Below are positions 8,001 through 18,185 of a stretch of DNA of 64,000 nucleotides, piece after piece (within the stretch, counting starts at the first letter, position 1; each line of letters opens with the position of its first letter). The stretch covers positions 3,243-67,242 of the forward strand of contig JAERTG010000114.1 in the NCBI GenBank assembly GCA_016845065.1, written 5' to 3'. The notes beneath the pieces were generated by a model. The model saw only the letters and a program-made list of their open reading frames with translations, was not told the DNA's origin and did not search any database. A program made the translations under genes and the position numbers. The DNA comes from Fidelibacterota bacterium (GTDB lineage Bacteria; Fidelibacterota; UBA8477; JABMPR01).

Positions 8001-10103
8001 CTAGAATACATTGACGACATACAGCAGTGCTGCGCCGATCAATACAAATATGAGATAATTTTGAATTTTACCGGTTTGAATGAACTTTAAAGTCCAACCC
8101 AACCATTGAAAGATGATGCCAGCGAAATTTACGGCACCATCGACAATGAGATCATCAGCCATTCCCACTCCCTTGGAAGTACGTTTGGTATTGCGACCCC
8201 ATCCATTGATGAGATAGTGATCATAAAAATCCAGATCAAAACGACCAACTGCATTACAACCCTTGAGGAAGGGTCGAATAATGCCATTGATATAGAATTC
8301 ATCCATATACCACTTATTATATGATCCCCGATAAAGAGCTCCCAGTTTGGCAGCAAGATTCTCAGCAGAAATTTTATTTAGCAGATAAACCAGTACAGAA
8401 AGTAGAATACCAAAACCGGCAACCAGGAGTGATGTTACCATTGCTGGAACATGAGCTTCATGCATACCATGTTCAAAATGCTCCAGGTCAAAAGCAGGTC
8501 CAGTGGTTACTGCACTCTCTGGAGATTGAACAACTGATGTAAACCAACCGTGGTCTGAGATTGGATTCACAGAGGGCAGCGTAAATACGAAGAACAACGA
8601 CAGAATTGCCAGGGCAATCAACGGAATCGTCATAACCTTTGGAGATTCCTTGATATGATTAAAAATTTGAGGTTGCCTGGCTTCCCCATAGAAGGTCATG
8701 AAGATTAATCTGAACATGTAGAATGCGGTAATGGCTGCAGCTCCAAACCCAAATACAGGTAGGATCCAGGCAAGATGAAAATGGGCCAACCAGCCATCAT
8801 GAACAGTAGCTGCATATGTCCAGGTTCCTGCAAGGATGGCATCCTTACTCAAAAAACCTGAAAACAGTGGAATTCCAGAAATAGCAGCTGTTGTAACCAT
8901 AAAAACACCGAAGGTGATGGGCATCTTGGTTTTCAGACCACCCATGTTGCGCATATCCTGAGGATCCGTTTCATGATCATTGAGATGATGTAGACTGTGG
9001 TGCATGGCGTGGATCACAGACCCTGAAGCCAAAAAGAGAGCACCCTTAAACATAGCATGTGTCACAAGATGGAAGAAACCGGCGACATAAGCTCCAGTTC
9101 CCAGAGCCATGATCATATAACCCAGCTGACTCACAGTGGAGTATGCCAACACCTTCTTGATATCATTTTGGGTAATAGCAATGGTGGCTGCATAAAGTGC
9201 GGTAAGACCACCAATAAAAGCAATGGTTGCCATGGCATCAGCAGTGAGAAATGGAAATATACGAACGACCAGATACACACCAGCTGCAACCATGGTAGCA
9301 GCATGAATCAATGCTGAAACAGGTGTGGGACCTTCCATGGCATCTGGTAGCCAGACGTGAAGGGGAAATTGAGCAGATTTACCGACTGCACCCATAAAGA
9401 CCAGGACACCGGCAAAAGTGAGCAATTTGTGCGCATCAATACCACCAAATAACATGCCGGCATTGGCCGCCCACATTCCATCCTGAATTCTATCGCCAAT
9501 TAGCTGAAAATTAAATGTACCCAACACAGTGGCAATGATCAGCATTCCTGTGAACATACCGATATCACCAATCCGGTTTGTGATAAAGGCCTTCTTACTG
9601 GCGTTGGCTGCCGAATCTTTCTCCCACCAATGGCCAATCAGCAAGTAGGATGAAAGTCCTACCAATTCCCAGAAGATATAAATCATGAAAAGGCTATTGG
9701 CGAGGACGATTCCATTCATCGAGAAGGTAAAAATCCCCAGAAAACCAAAATACCTGGAGTAACGTACATCACCAGCCATGTATGCTGTGGAGTAGAGGTG
9801 GACCAGTGATGAGATGAGTGCCACGACTACAAGCATGATCACGGTAACATTATCTATGTAGACCCCGAGATCTATTTTAAATAGTCCCAGATCCAGCCAA
9901 CTCTGGTGCAATTCCAGACTAAAATTCGGGTCGCCCCTGGAGAGCATCATACCAAGCATGACCAAGGATAGTATCAACGTTACAAATTGAATTCCGACAG
10001 AAACCCACTCCCCTTTCCTTTCTTCGAAACGTCTGAAAGAGAAAATCTGAAAGACAAATGAGAATAGCGGGAGGAACAGGATGAAGAGTGCTAATTTAAT
10101 CAT
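8001..10103 (-). CDS. nuoL: NADH-quinone oxidoreductase subunit L (700 aa)
   Basis: Antiporter-like core (WLPDAMEGPTPVSALIHAATMV, AYSTVSQLGYM) plus a long C-terminal region consistent with the lateral helix. Confidence 0.92.
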   Translation of the reverse strand: MIKLALFILFLPLFSFVFQIFSFRRFEERKGEWVSVGIQFVTLILSLVMLGMMLSRGDPNFSLELHQSWLDLGLFKIDLGVYIDNVTVIMLVVVALISSLVHLYSTAYMAGDVRYSRYFGFLGIFTFSMNGIVLANSLFMIYIFWELVGLSSYLLIGHWWEKDSAANASKKAFITNRIGDIGMFTGMLIIATVLGTFNFQLIGDRIQDGMWAANAGMLFGGIDAHKLLTFAGVLVFMGAVGKSAQFPLHVWLPDAMEGPTPVSALIHAATMVAAGVYLVVRIFPFLTADAMATIAFIGGLTALYAATIAITQNDIKKVLAYSTVSQLGYMIMALGTGAYVAGFFHLVTHAMFKGALFLASGSVIHAMHHSLHHLNDHETDPQDMRNMGGLKTKMPITFGVFMVTTAAISGIPLFSGFLSKDAILAGTWTYAATVHDGWLAHFHLAWILPVFGFGAAAITAFYMFRLIFMTFYGEARQPQIFNHIKESPKVMTIPLIALAILSLFFVFTLPSVNPISDHGWFTSVVQSPESAVTTGPAFDLEHFEHGMHEAHVPAMVTSLLVAGFGILLSVLVYLLNKISAENLAAKLGALYRGSYNKWYMDEFYINGIIRPFLKGCNAVGRFDLDFYDHYLINGWGRNTKRTSKGVGMADDLIVDGAVNFAGIIFQWLGWTLKFIQTGKIQNYLIFVLIGAALLYVVNVF

Positions 10104-10114
10104 ATCAGCTGCAC

Positions 10115-10420
10115 CTACTGTTTAAGTGCGTTGGCTTCATCAACATTGATGTGCCCGCGATCGTTATAGAGATTTAAAACTATGGCCAGGGCAACTGCAG
10201 CTTCAGCAGCGGCTAGCATGATAATAAAAACGGACATGAGATGTCCATCAAGATTGTGGGTCACAAATTTAGAAAAAGCGACAAAATTTATGTTTGCAGC
10301 ATTCAAAATGAGCTCCACACCCATGAGGATAGCCACCGCATTGCGGCGAGTAACAACGGTATACAAACCTAGACTAAATAGGATGGCACTTAATACGAGA
10401 TAGGAGGATAAATGATCCAT
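10115..10420 (-). CDS. nuoK: NADH-quinone oxidoreductase subunit K
   Basis: 101-aa three-helix protein in the expected position. Conserved AAAEAAVALAI segment. Confidence 0.9.
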   Translation of the reverse strand: MDHLSSYLVLSAILFSLGLYTVVTRRNAVAILMGVELILNAANINFVAFSKFVTHNLDGHLMSVFIIMLAAAEAAVALAIVLNLYNDRGHINVDEANALKQ

Positions 10421-10911
10421 TATAACTCCTTTCTCGCCAGTGTGGCTGCGCCAATAAGCGCTCCAAGTAACAATACGGAGGCAATCTCAAATAAAATGAG
10501 ATAGTCAGTAAACAGCAGATTACCGATGCCTGTGACAGTGTCCGTAAACTCCAGAGGCATGGTTGAACCAACCCAGTCATGAGGCAGAACAGCTGTCAGA
10601 ATGATTGCGATAACACCCAGGACGACGGCCAGACCCAGTCCCCTCTGTACAGAGCTTTGGGATATCTGAGCAGTAGAAATTTTATTGGTAAGCATGATTC
10701 CAAATACCAGCAGAACCAGAATACCTCCCACATATACCACAATCTGGGTAACTGCCAAAAAATCAGCATTTAGAAAAATGTAAATTCCGGCGACACCTAA
10801 AAAGGTTCCCATGAGGGCAAACACCGAGTGAATCAGGTTATTTCCGAAAGCTACAAGTGCTGCTGATGCGACGATCAGAGCCCAGATAACCCAGAAAATG
10901 AAATCAGCCAT
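10420..10911 (-). CDS. nuoJ: NADH-quinone oxidoreductase subunit J
   Basis: I place the start at MADFIFWVIW (ATG at 10911), which overlaps the nuoI stop as ATGGCTGA. The 45 codons upstream in the track ORF look non-coding and lie inside nuoI. Confidence 0.85.
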   Translation of the reverse strand: MADFIFWVIWALIVASAALVAFGNNLIHSVFALMGTFLGVAGIYIFLNADFLAVTQIVVYVGGILVLLVFGIMLTNKISTAQISQSSVQRGLGLAVVLGVIAIILTAVLPHDWVGSTMPLEFTDTVTGIGNLLFTDYLILFEIASVLLLGALIGAATLARKEL

Positions 10912-11851
10912 TCTCAGTCTCCCCTCTCTCCTCTGTTGAAGAATCTTCGGGTTCAATTGATGTTTCTGCTTCCTCATTAACTTCTGAAGAAGCAGGCTGC
11001 TCCTCTGGAATGACTGGCGAAGTAATATTTTCCAGGGGAACCTCAATCCTTTCCACTGCTTCAGGCTCAGGTGTGCTCTCAGGAGTTGAAATGTTTATTA
11101 GAGCCGGATCTGAAGGCATAACAGGTGTTTCCGTAATACGTGGTGCAGGGTCTGCCCCATTTTCACTCTGAGCTGCCGTGGTATCTTGAGCCCTTGCTGC
11201 TTCCTGGGCTTCCTGCTCTGCTTTAGCAGCGGCTGCTTTTGCCGCAGCGGCCTTTTTAGCTTCCATAGCGGCAGCCTTTGCAGCAGCGACCTTTTCAGCT
11301 TCGGCTTTACGCTGGGCACGCTCAATGGGAGTTACCTTCGAGAATTGATAGATCAAGTGATCACGATCTCTCCAGCGTTCTTCTGGTGTCACCTCAAGTT
11401 TGACATTGTCATTGCTGATGAACTGATAATCTGGGGTCATATGAATACAATCTTCTGGACATGGGTGTGTACAGAGATCACAAAACATACACTCACTCAT
11501 ATCGATGGTAAAACTGGTGACTCTCAACTTGATCTTGGTGTCATTTTTTGTGGTACCAATATCTTCATCAGGACCAGCTTTAAATGTTTCTATATCGATA
11601 CAATCCACCGGGCAAGCACGTTCACAAGCCTTGCATCCAATGCAGTCTTCAAAATCCACGACCAACTTAGAGCGAATGGTGTTATAACTCTCAATTTCAC
11701 CGACACCAATATTCCTGGTGGGTATTGGCCAAACCTCGTCAGGGTATTGCAGGGTGACATGTTCACGGGGTCTAACAAAATACCCCATGGTCACTTTCAT
11801 CCCGTCAACCAGGGTCGTGATGGCATTGCTAATATTACTGAAATAGCTCAT
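10904..11851 (-). CDS. nuoI: NADH-quinone oxidoreductase subunit I with a roughly 150-aa low-complexity C-terminal extension
   Basis: Two 4Fe-4S motifs, CIGCKACERACP and CMFCDLCTHPCP. After about aa 165 the sequence turns Ala/Lys/Glu-rich and then Pro/Ser/Thr/Glu-rich, continuing to the stop. Confidence 0.88.
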   Translation of the reverse strand: MSYFSNISNAITTLVDGMKVTMGYFVRPREHVTLQYPDEVWPIPTRNIGVGEIESYNTIRSKLVVDFEDCIGCKACERACPVDCIDIETFKAGPDEDIGTTKNDTKIKLRVTSFTIDMSECMFCDLCTHPCPEDCIHMTPDYQFISNDNVKLEVTPEERWRDRDHLIYQFSKVTPIERAQRKAEAEKVAAAKAAAMEAKKAAAAKAAAAKAEQEAQEAARAQDTTAAQSENGADPAPRITETPVMPSDPALINISTPESTPEPEAVERIEVPLENITSPVIPEEQPASSEVNEEAETSIEPEDSSTEERGETENG

Positions 11852-11860
11852 GTATCTATC

Positions 11861-13108
11861 CTAGAATTGGATTTCACCGGTGAGCCACATCCAAACGGCC
11901 ACACCCATGAGATTTATTAGTGATAAGGGAAGGATTACTTTCCAACTCACATACATGAGCTGATCAACGCGTAATCGGGGAAATGTCCAGCGGAACCACA
12001 TCAACATGAAGATGATGCTGCCAGCCTTTATCAGCATCCAAAAGATGCCAGGAGATGCCATCCAGATTGCAAATCCGGGGAATAGCCATACAGCCATAGT
12101 CAGGATAAGGCTTAAACCCAGGGGGTAAACGGACAGCCGGCCTGTTTTAGCTCGAACAAAAAGTGTCCACATGATGGCTACAAGCGTGATAACTGAAAAG
12201 CCAATCTGAGCACCTTCATAATCGGCGAACGGACTCTGCCATCCACCGAGAAAGACGATGGAGACTAATAATGCAACCAGCGTGGCATTGGCATATTCAG
12301 ATAAAAAGAAAAGCGCCCACCTGAGTCCTGAGAACTCCGTCATAAAACCAGCAACCAATTCTGATTCTGATTCAGGGATATCGAATGGGGTTCTGTTGAT
12401 CTCAGCAGTTGCTCCAATGAGATAGACGAAGGCTGCAATAAAAAGAAATGGACTGTGGAATATGAACCAGTTTGGTAGTGGGATGGGTATCCAGTGAAAC
12501 AGATTCCCAGTTCCAGCCTGTTCTTGAATAATGGCCTGAAGATTCAAGCTACCAACTACAGCCACCACAGCTATCAAGGTGATTCCAACCGGTATTTCAT
12601 AAGAAATCATTTGAGCTGCTGAACGCATGGCTCCATAAAGTGACCACTTATTATTTGATGCCCAGCCTGCCATGACAATACCCAGAACCACAATAGATGA
12701 AATAGATACGATATAGAAAAGACCAACATTCATATCGGCTGCAAGGAGAGTATCAGAAAATGGTATGGCAGCAAATGTGGCTACTGAGGCGATGAGGATA
12801 ACCCACGGCCCGACAACGAAGAGGACCTTATCTGCCAATAGAGGTATGATGTCTTCTTTTTGTAAAAGTTTCAGAGCGTCAGCGACTGTTTGCAGCGTTC
12901 CAAACTTACCTACTCGCATGGGTCCTAATCGAACCTGCATGAAGGCAGATACTTTGCGCTCGATGTAAACCAGCACAATGGCGTTGACAGCCACAAAGGC
13001 AAATATGAGAGCAGCAACAATAAACAGCGACAATCCCCAGGCTACGGAAAAACCAATACCTGAGAGGACGTCAAACGAGAGGATCCAGTTAGCAAGTAAT
13101 TGTATCAT
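11861..13108 (-). CDS. nuoH: NADH-quinone oxidoreductase subunit H (415 aa)
   Basis: Conserved ERKVSAFMQVRLGP, EINRTPFD, ESESELVAGF and PRLRVDQLM segments. It sits directly after nuoD. Confidence 0.92.
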   Translation of the reverse strand: MIQLLANWILSFDVLSGIGFSVAWGLSLFIVAALIFAFVAVNAIVLVYIERKVSAFMQVRLGPMRVGKFGTLQTVADALKLLQKEDIIPLLADKVLFVVGPWVILIASVATFAAIPFSDTLLAADMNVGLFYIVSISSIVVLGIVMAGWASNNKWSLYGAMRSAAQMISYEIPVGITLIAVVAVVGSLNLQAIIQEQAGTGNLFHWIPIPLPNWFIFHSPFLFIAAFVYLIGATAEINRTPFDIPESESELVAGFMTEFSGLRWALFFLSEYANATLVALLVSIVFLGGWQSPFADYEGAQIGFSVITLVAIMWTLFVRAKTGRLSVYPLGLSLILTMAVWLFPGFAIWMASPGIFWMLIKAGSIIFMLMWFRWTFPRLRVDQLMYVSWKVILPLSLINLMGVAVWMWLTGEIQF

Positions 13109-14230
13109 TTAGCGATCAATCTCCCCTAGTACAATGTCCAGACTTCCGAGAATCGCTATGACATCGGAGATCATCCAGCCCTGGCCAATTTCGTTAATAA
13201 CACTGAGGTTTGAGAAGGCCGGGGAACGCATCTTAAGACGCACTGGCACATTCTTACCATTGCTTACTATATAATAACCCAATTCACCACGTGGATTCTC
13301 ACTACGGAAATAGATTTCACCCTTCGGTGGACGAATTCTGCGTGGAATTGCAGATTTAACATCACCTTCTACAGGAAGTTGATCCAATGCCTGACGAATG
13401 ATTTTGGCACTCTCACCCATTTCTAGGACGCGAACAAAATACCTATCCCAACTGTCACCGACGGTACCTTGGAGTCCCTGACCAAGTGGGATGTCAAAAT
13501 CAAATCTATCATAAATTGAATAGGGTTCAGTGCGACGGATGTCAATATTTACACCTGACGCTCTAAGACTTGGACCTGTTACCCCATAATTGATGGCAAC
13601 TTCTGGCGTCATGACACCAATATCAGCGGCTCTTTCAATAAAAATTTTATTTCCCGTAAGGATTTGGTTGTATTCGGCAACACGCTCATCGAAGGCATCC
13701 AGAAATTCATAGGTCTTTTCAACAAATCCTGGTGGTACGTCGTGGGCCAGACCCCCAATCCAAATGTAGTTATACAGCAAACGGGCGCCTGAAGCCATTT
13801 CAAAAAGATCGAGAATCAGTTCACGTTCCCTGAAACAATAGATAAAAGGAGTGATAGCTCCTACATCCAACCCGAAGGTTCCCACTGCCACGAGGTGACT
13901 GGCAATTCTTTGGAGTTCTGCAAAGATAACACGGAGGTATTCAACGCGCTCTGGGAGCTCAATTCCCATCATCTTTTCCACAGCCATGGCGTATCCATGT
14001 TCGCTACCCATGGCAGCGAGATAATCACAGCGACCTGTAAAGGGTGTGACCATCTGGTACTCAAGATTTTCAGCATGTTTTTCGAAAGAACGATGGAGAT
14101 ATCCAATAACTGGTTCAATATGAGAAACAATCTCGCCATCCGTACGTAATTTCAGTCTTAACACCCCGTGAGTACTGGGGTGCTGTGGTCCCATGTTCAG
14201 AACCATTTCTTCAGCATGGAGGCGGGCCAT
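13109..14230 (-). CDS. nuoD: NADH-quinone oxidoreductase subunit D
   Basis: LNMGPQHPSTHGVLRL and the C-terminal DIVLGEIDR are hallmark 49-kDa subunit motifs. Confidence 0.93.
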   Translation of the reverse strand: MARLHAEEMVLNMGPQHPSTHGVLRLKLRTDGEIVSHIEPVIGYLHRSFEKHAENLEYQMVTPFTGRCDYLAAMGSEHGYAMAVEKMMGIELPERVEYLRVIFAELQRIASHLVAVGTFGLDVGAITPFIYCFRERELILDLFEMASGARLLYNYIWIGGLAHDVPPGFVEKTYEFLDAFDERVAEYNQILTGNKIFIERAADIGVMTPEVAINYGVTGPSLRASGVNIDIRRTEPYSIYDRFDFDIPLGQGLQGTVGDSWDRYFVRVLEMGESAKIIRQALDQLPVEGDVKSAIPRRIRPPKGEIYFRSENPRGELGYYIVSNGKNVPVRLKMRSPAFSNLSVINEIGQGWMISDVIAILGSLDIVLGEIDR

Positions 14231-14718
14231 TATTTCACCTTCTCAATGCGCATTCCGCGGTAAAACTCCGCTGGCACATAATCTTTTCTCAGAGGATAGC
14301 CTTCCCAATCGTCTTCCATAAGAATACGCTTCAGGTCAGGATGACCCTCAAAAATGATCCCATATAAATCAAACGCTTCTCGTTCATGCCAATCTGCGGT
14401 TCTATGGATATTGGCAATGCTGGCAGTTTTTGGCTCATCTCTTGAAGTGAATACTTTTAGAGTGATGTAATGTTTAAGCTCTGTCGAAAATAGGTGATAG
14501 ATCACGCTAAAATCAGATTCTACATCAGCATCATGTCCAGCCAGATTCATGAGTGAATCAAACTGAAATTTCTCATCATCCTTGAGGTAAAGGACGATCT
14601 TCGCGATAGCACCAGCTTCCACAACGATTGTGGGATTGAGTGTCCCTTCTTCCATAAACTCGAAAATTTTATCACCGAATTTGCTGGAGAGGTTTGCGTA
14701 GATTTCTTGCTCAGTCAC
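14230..14718 (-). CDS. nuoC: NADH-quinone oxidoreductase subunit C
   Basis: 30-kDa subunit motifs (ADWHEREAFDLYGIIFEGHPD). I place the start at the GTG at 14718, 1 nt after the nuoB stop. The track ORF extends upstream into nuoB. Confidence 0.85.
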   Translation of the reverse strand: MTEQEIYANLSSKFGDKIFEFMEEGTLNPTIVVEAGAIAKIVLYLKDDEKFQFDSLMNLAGHDADVESDFSVIYHLFSTELKHYITLKVFTSRDEPKTASIANIHRTADWHEREAFDLYGIIFEGHPDLKRILMEDDWEGYPLRKDYVPAEFYRGMRIEKVK

Positions 14719-14719
14719 G

Positions 14720-15211
14720 TCAGTTTTCCTTCTTTGCCAGAACTGGCTCTTCACGCATTTTCTTCTGCAAATGCATGAGTCCTTCCAGAAGTGCCTCAGG
14801 ACGAGGAGGACAGCCTGGAATGTATATATCAACAGGAATGATTTGGTCTACACCTTTGAGAACATGGTATCCATGTTGCCAATAAGGACCGCCAGAATTG
14901 GCACAAGAGCCCATGGAGATGACGTATTTTGGTTCTGCCATCTGCTCATAAAGACGTTTGACTCGTGTAGCCATTTTAAGAGTTACTGTTCCAGCGACAA
15001 TCATGACATCAGCCTGCCGTGGCGATGATCGAGGCATAGCGCCAAAACGTTCCAGATCATGACGGGCAGCAGCTGCAGACATCATTTCGATGGCACAACA
15101 GGCCAATCCAAACTGGAAATACCACTCCGAACCGGATCGTGACCAGTTCAGAAGTTTATCAAGAGAAGTAATGAGAATATTCTCATTAAATTTATGGTTT
15201 AACGCACCCAT
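14720..15211 (-). CDS. nuoB: NADH-quinone oxidoreductase subunit B
   Basis: PSST-type motifs: GLACCAIEM, the cluster N2 cysteines, [10 protein letters not shown] and [11 protein letters not shown]. Confidence 0.94.
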   Translation of the reverse strand: MGALNHKFNENILITSLDKLLNWSRSGSEWYFQFGLACCAIEMMSAAAARHDLERFGAMPRSSPRQADVMIVAGTVTLKMATRVKRLYEQMAEPKYVISMGSCANSGGPYWQHGYHVLKGVDQIIPVDIYIPGCPPRPEALLEGLMHLQKKMREEPVLAKKEN

Positions 15212-15634
15212 TTATTTGGTCTCCGCTTCGTGAAGCCTGGACGCAGAGTAGCGACCGGTGCCATATTTCAGTTTCATTTTTACCCATTCCAGATCACCCT
15301 TGACCCAGACATAAGCCAAACCAACCAGGAGCACCAACATAAAGACAAAGACCTCTACAAAAGTAAGGAAGCCCATGTCTTTGAAGACAACTGCCCAGGG
15401 GAAAAGAAAGACAACTTCAACATCAAAAATGATAAAAATGAGGGCAATAACATAGAAGCGTATGTTGAACTGAAGCCAACCCTCTCCTTCTGGTTCCTCA
15501 CCACATTCGTATGTATCCATTTTTAAATTGGTTTTATTTTTAGGGGATATCAGCTTTTGAATGATGAAGCCGCAATACATGAGCCCAAAGGCTACGGCAC
15601 CAAAGGCTAAGGCGATTCCGTAATGTTCCTGCAT
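15212..15634 (-). CDS. nuoA: NADH-quinone oxidoreductase subunit A
   Basis: Three-helix ND3-like protein (YECGEEP, FDVEVVFLFPWA). The start is chosen at MQEHYGIA, and the track ORF has 19 extra codons. Confidence 0.82.
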   Translation of the reverse strand: MQEHYGIALAFGAVAFGLMYCGFIIQKLISPKNKTNLKMDTYECGEEPEGEGWLQFNIRFYVIALIFIIFDVEVVFLFPWAVVFKDMGFLTFVEVFVFMLVLLVGLAYVWVKGDLEWVKMKLKYGTGRYSASRLHEAETK

Positions 15635-15821
15635 GATCTGTAAAGTGCCCTTTCTTTCAACATTGGTGCGCCAATATAGACGGTACCCCAAGTCTCTTCA
15701 AGAACCGATTCCTGTACTTTGCCAGGTAACTGTTCCCATCATTTTCCTAGAGCCAGCTGAGGCAATCTCCATGCCACATCTATTGATTAAAGCATTAAAT
15801 GAATAGCTAAAATATAGTGAC

Positions 15822-18098
15822 TCAAGCTCCCTGCTTCGAAAGCTTTTCCTGTTCCTGTGCATCTACAACGGCTATGGCTGTCATATTTGCTACATCCTGA
15901 ACACTGGTAGAACCAATTTGGAGAATGTGAACCGGTTTTTCCATTCCCACAAGGATGGGTCCAATTGCCTCTGCCCCACTCAAACGGTGAACAAGTTTAT
16001 AGCTGATATTGCTGGATTGAAGATCCGGAAAAATCAGAACATTGGCCGACCCTTGTAGCTTACTAAAGGGGTAATGCTCTTTTTGAATGTTAGGCATGAT
16101 AGCCAGATCCGCATTCATTTCTCCATCAATCATTAGGTCAGGATCCTTTTCCCGGACCAACTGCACTGCCTCACTCATCTTCCTGGCATGTGGATGTTTT
16201 GATGATCCATAATTTGAGAAACTCAGCATGGCCACGCGCGGAGTCATTCGCCAGCGTCTGGCTTCTTCTGCGGCCATGAGGGCAATTTCGGAAAGAACCT
16301 CTGCGTTGGGATCAATATTGATTGATACATCAGCGAAAATTTTCATACCCTCTTTAAAGATGAGCAGAAACAAGCCAGCGACATGCTTCATATCTTTTCG
16401 GGGCTTGATGATCTGCAATACAGGCCTGAGGGCATCTGGATACTGTTGTGTAATTCCAGAAATCATGGCATCTGCCTCACCCATATGCAGCATCATAGCC
16501 GCAAAAGAGTAGCGTCTATCCATAAACCGCTTGGCCCCACTCAGGGTAACCCCTTTACGTTGTCTCATCTTATAGAATTCGTCAATAAATTCCTGACGAC
16601 GCTCACATTTCTGAGGATCTACCAGCTCGACACCCTCAAGCGAAATGTTTAAATCCCTGGCAATAGTCCGAATTTTCTTTTTGCGTCCAACTAAAATCGG
16701 CTTGGCTATCCCTTCCTGAAGTATGAGGTGACTCGCACGGATGATTCGGGGGTTCTCTCCTTCAGGATAAATGACTCGCTTGGGGGCCATCTTGGCTCTA
16801 TTGTAAAGGGAGCGCATGAACTCCCGACCTTTCCCAAGGCGGGCTTCCAGCTCCTCTCTATATTCATCTAGATCAATGGTACGCTGGGCTACACCAGTCT
16901 TCATTGCAGCCTCAGCCACTGCAACAGATTCCCATAGTAGAACCCTGGGATCAAATGGTTTGGGTATGAGGTAGTCACGACCAAACTCGATATGATCCAG
17001 CCCATAAATCTGTATCACTTCATCCGGTGTATCTTCCTTTGCCAGAGCTGCCAGGGCCAGCGTAGCGGCAACCTTCATTTCTTCATTGATTGTGGTTGCT
17101 TGAACATCGAGAGCACCTCTAAAGATGAAGGGAAATCCCAACACATTATTTACCTGGTTGGGAAAGTCTGATCGACCTGTCCCCATGATTGCATCGGGAC
17201 GAGCAGCCATGGCTTCCGGGTAAGAAATTTCTGGATCAGGATTGGCCATGGCAAAAATAATTGGATCTGGAGCCATGGTCATCAGGTCATCCCCATTAAT
17301 AATATCTTTCTTCGAGAGGCCTATGAATACATCTGCTCCAGCGAGTGCTTCCTGAAGTGTTCTATGCCTGGTTTCATTGGCAAAGGGAAGTTTGTATTCA
17401 TTCATTCCGTCAGTACGTCCCTTGTAAATGACACCACGTGAATCACACATGATCAGATTCTCGCGCTTGGCACCCATCCTGATATAATGTTCACTGCATG
17501 ACAAGGCGGATGCCCCAGCACCCGACACAACAATCCTGATGTCTTCCATCTTCTTGCCAGCCACTTCAACCGCATTGAGTAAAGCGGCTGCAGATATAAT
17601 GGCAGTACCATGTTGATCATCATGAAAAACAGGGATATTCATTTCTTCCCGTAACTTTTGCTCGATGTAAAAGCATTCCGGGGACTTAATATCCTCCAGA
17701 TTAATGCCACCAAATGTGGGTTCCAGCAATTTGACAGCATCGATAAATTTGTCGGCATCTTCCGTATCGACTTCTAGATCAAAAACATCAATATCTGCAA
17801 ATCGCTTAAACAGGACACCCTTCCCTTCCATAACAGGTTTCCCTGCAAGAGCCCCAATATTTCCTAAACCTAGTACCGCGGTACCATTGGATATAACAGC
17901 GACCAGATTGCCCTTGGCAGTGTATTCGTTTGCCAGGGCAGGATTGTCAGCAATCTCTAAACACGGGTAGGCAACACCTGGTGAATAGGCAAGACTTAAG
18001 TCCCTTTGTGTGACAAAGGGTTTTGTTGCCGTTACTTCAATCTTACCCTTGCGGATTCCCATGCTGTGATAGGCAAGGGCATCTTTCTTTGTAATCAT
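15822..18098 (-). CDS. maeB: NADP-dependent malic enzyme (malic enzyme domain plus phosphotransacetylase-like C-terminal domain)
   Basis: 758 aa. The N-terminal malic enzyme/NAD(P)-binding region ([20 protein letters not shown]) is fused to a PTA-like domain, the MaeB architecture. Confidence 0.9.
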   Translation of the reverse strand: MITKKDALAYHSMGIRKGKIEVTATKPFVTQRDLSLAYSPGVAYPCLEIADNPALANEYTAKGNLVAVISNGTAVLGLGNIGALAGKPVMEGKGVLFKRFADIDVFDLEVDTEDADKFIDAVKLLEPTFGGINLEDIKSPECFYIEQKLREEMNIPVFHDDQHGTAIISAAALLNAVEVAGKKMEDIRIVVSGAGASALSCSEHYIRMGAKRENLIMCDSRGVIYKGRTDGMNEYKLPFANETRHRTLQEALAGADVFIGLSKKDIINGDDLMTMAPDPIIFAMANPDPEISYPEAMAARPDAIMGTGRSDFPNQVNNVLGFPFIFRGALDVQATTINEEMKVAATLALAALAKEDTPDEVIQIYGLDHIEFGRDYLIPKPFDPRVLLWESVAVAEAAMKTGVAQRTIDLDEYREELEARLGKGREFMRSLYNRAKMAPKRVIYPEGENPRIIRASHLILQEGIAKPILVGRKKKIRTIARDLNISLEGVELVDPQKCERRQEFIDEFYKMRQRKGVTLSGAKRFMDRRYSFAAMMLHMGEADAMISGITQQYPDALRPVLQIIKPRKDMKHVAGLFLLIFKEGMKIFADVSINIDPNAEVLSEIALMAAEEARRWRMTPRVAMLSFSNYGSSKHPHARKMSEAVQLVREKDPDLMIDGEMNADLAIMPNIQKEHYPFSKLQGSANVLIFPDLQSSNISYKLVHRLSGAEAIGPILVGMEKPVHILQIGSTSVQDVANMTAIAVVDAQEQEKLSKQGA

Positions 18099-18110
18099 AT
18101 AAACCTATCC

Positions 18111-18145
18111 AAAATCAAGATGACATCTCCAAAGAAGATGTCATC
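18111..18145 (-). terminator. putative intrinsic terminator between the aminotransferase gene and maeB
   Basis: 10-bp stem GATGACATCT/AGATGTCATC with a 7-nt loop, followed on the minus strand by TTGATTTT. Confidence 0.55.
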
Positions 18146-18185
18146 AGATTAAAACACTTATGTTAATTAATTGGTATTATTGGGG

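Noticed and set aside
10912-11046. N-terminal 45 codons of the track's nuoJ ORF
   Set aside because: This stretch lies wholly inside the nuoI coding frame and its sequence (MRFPWKILLRQSFQRSS ...) is not NuoJ-like. The ATG at 10911 gives a canonical hydrophobic NuoJ N-terminus and an ATGGCTGA overlap with the nuoI stop.
11186-11920. 244-aa plus-strand ORF covering nuoI and the nuoH start
   Set aside because: It is antisense to two strongly supported nuo genes. Its product is Cys/Phe/Ser-rich and low in complexity, with no recognisable motif. A long antisense ORF is expected here from the codon bias.
14719-15691. Upstream extensions of the track ORFs for nuoC (to 14832) and nuoA (to 15691). 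The same issue affects HU (to 45698) and the CoA-binding protein (from 42239).
   Set aside because: The extensions overlap the preceding genes or encode non-homologous sequence. Internal starts give canonical N-termini and tight operon junctions.
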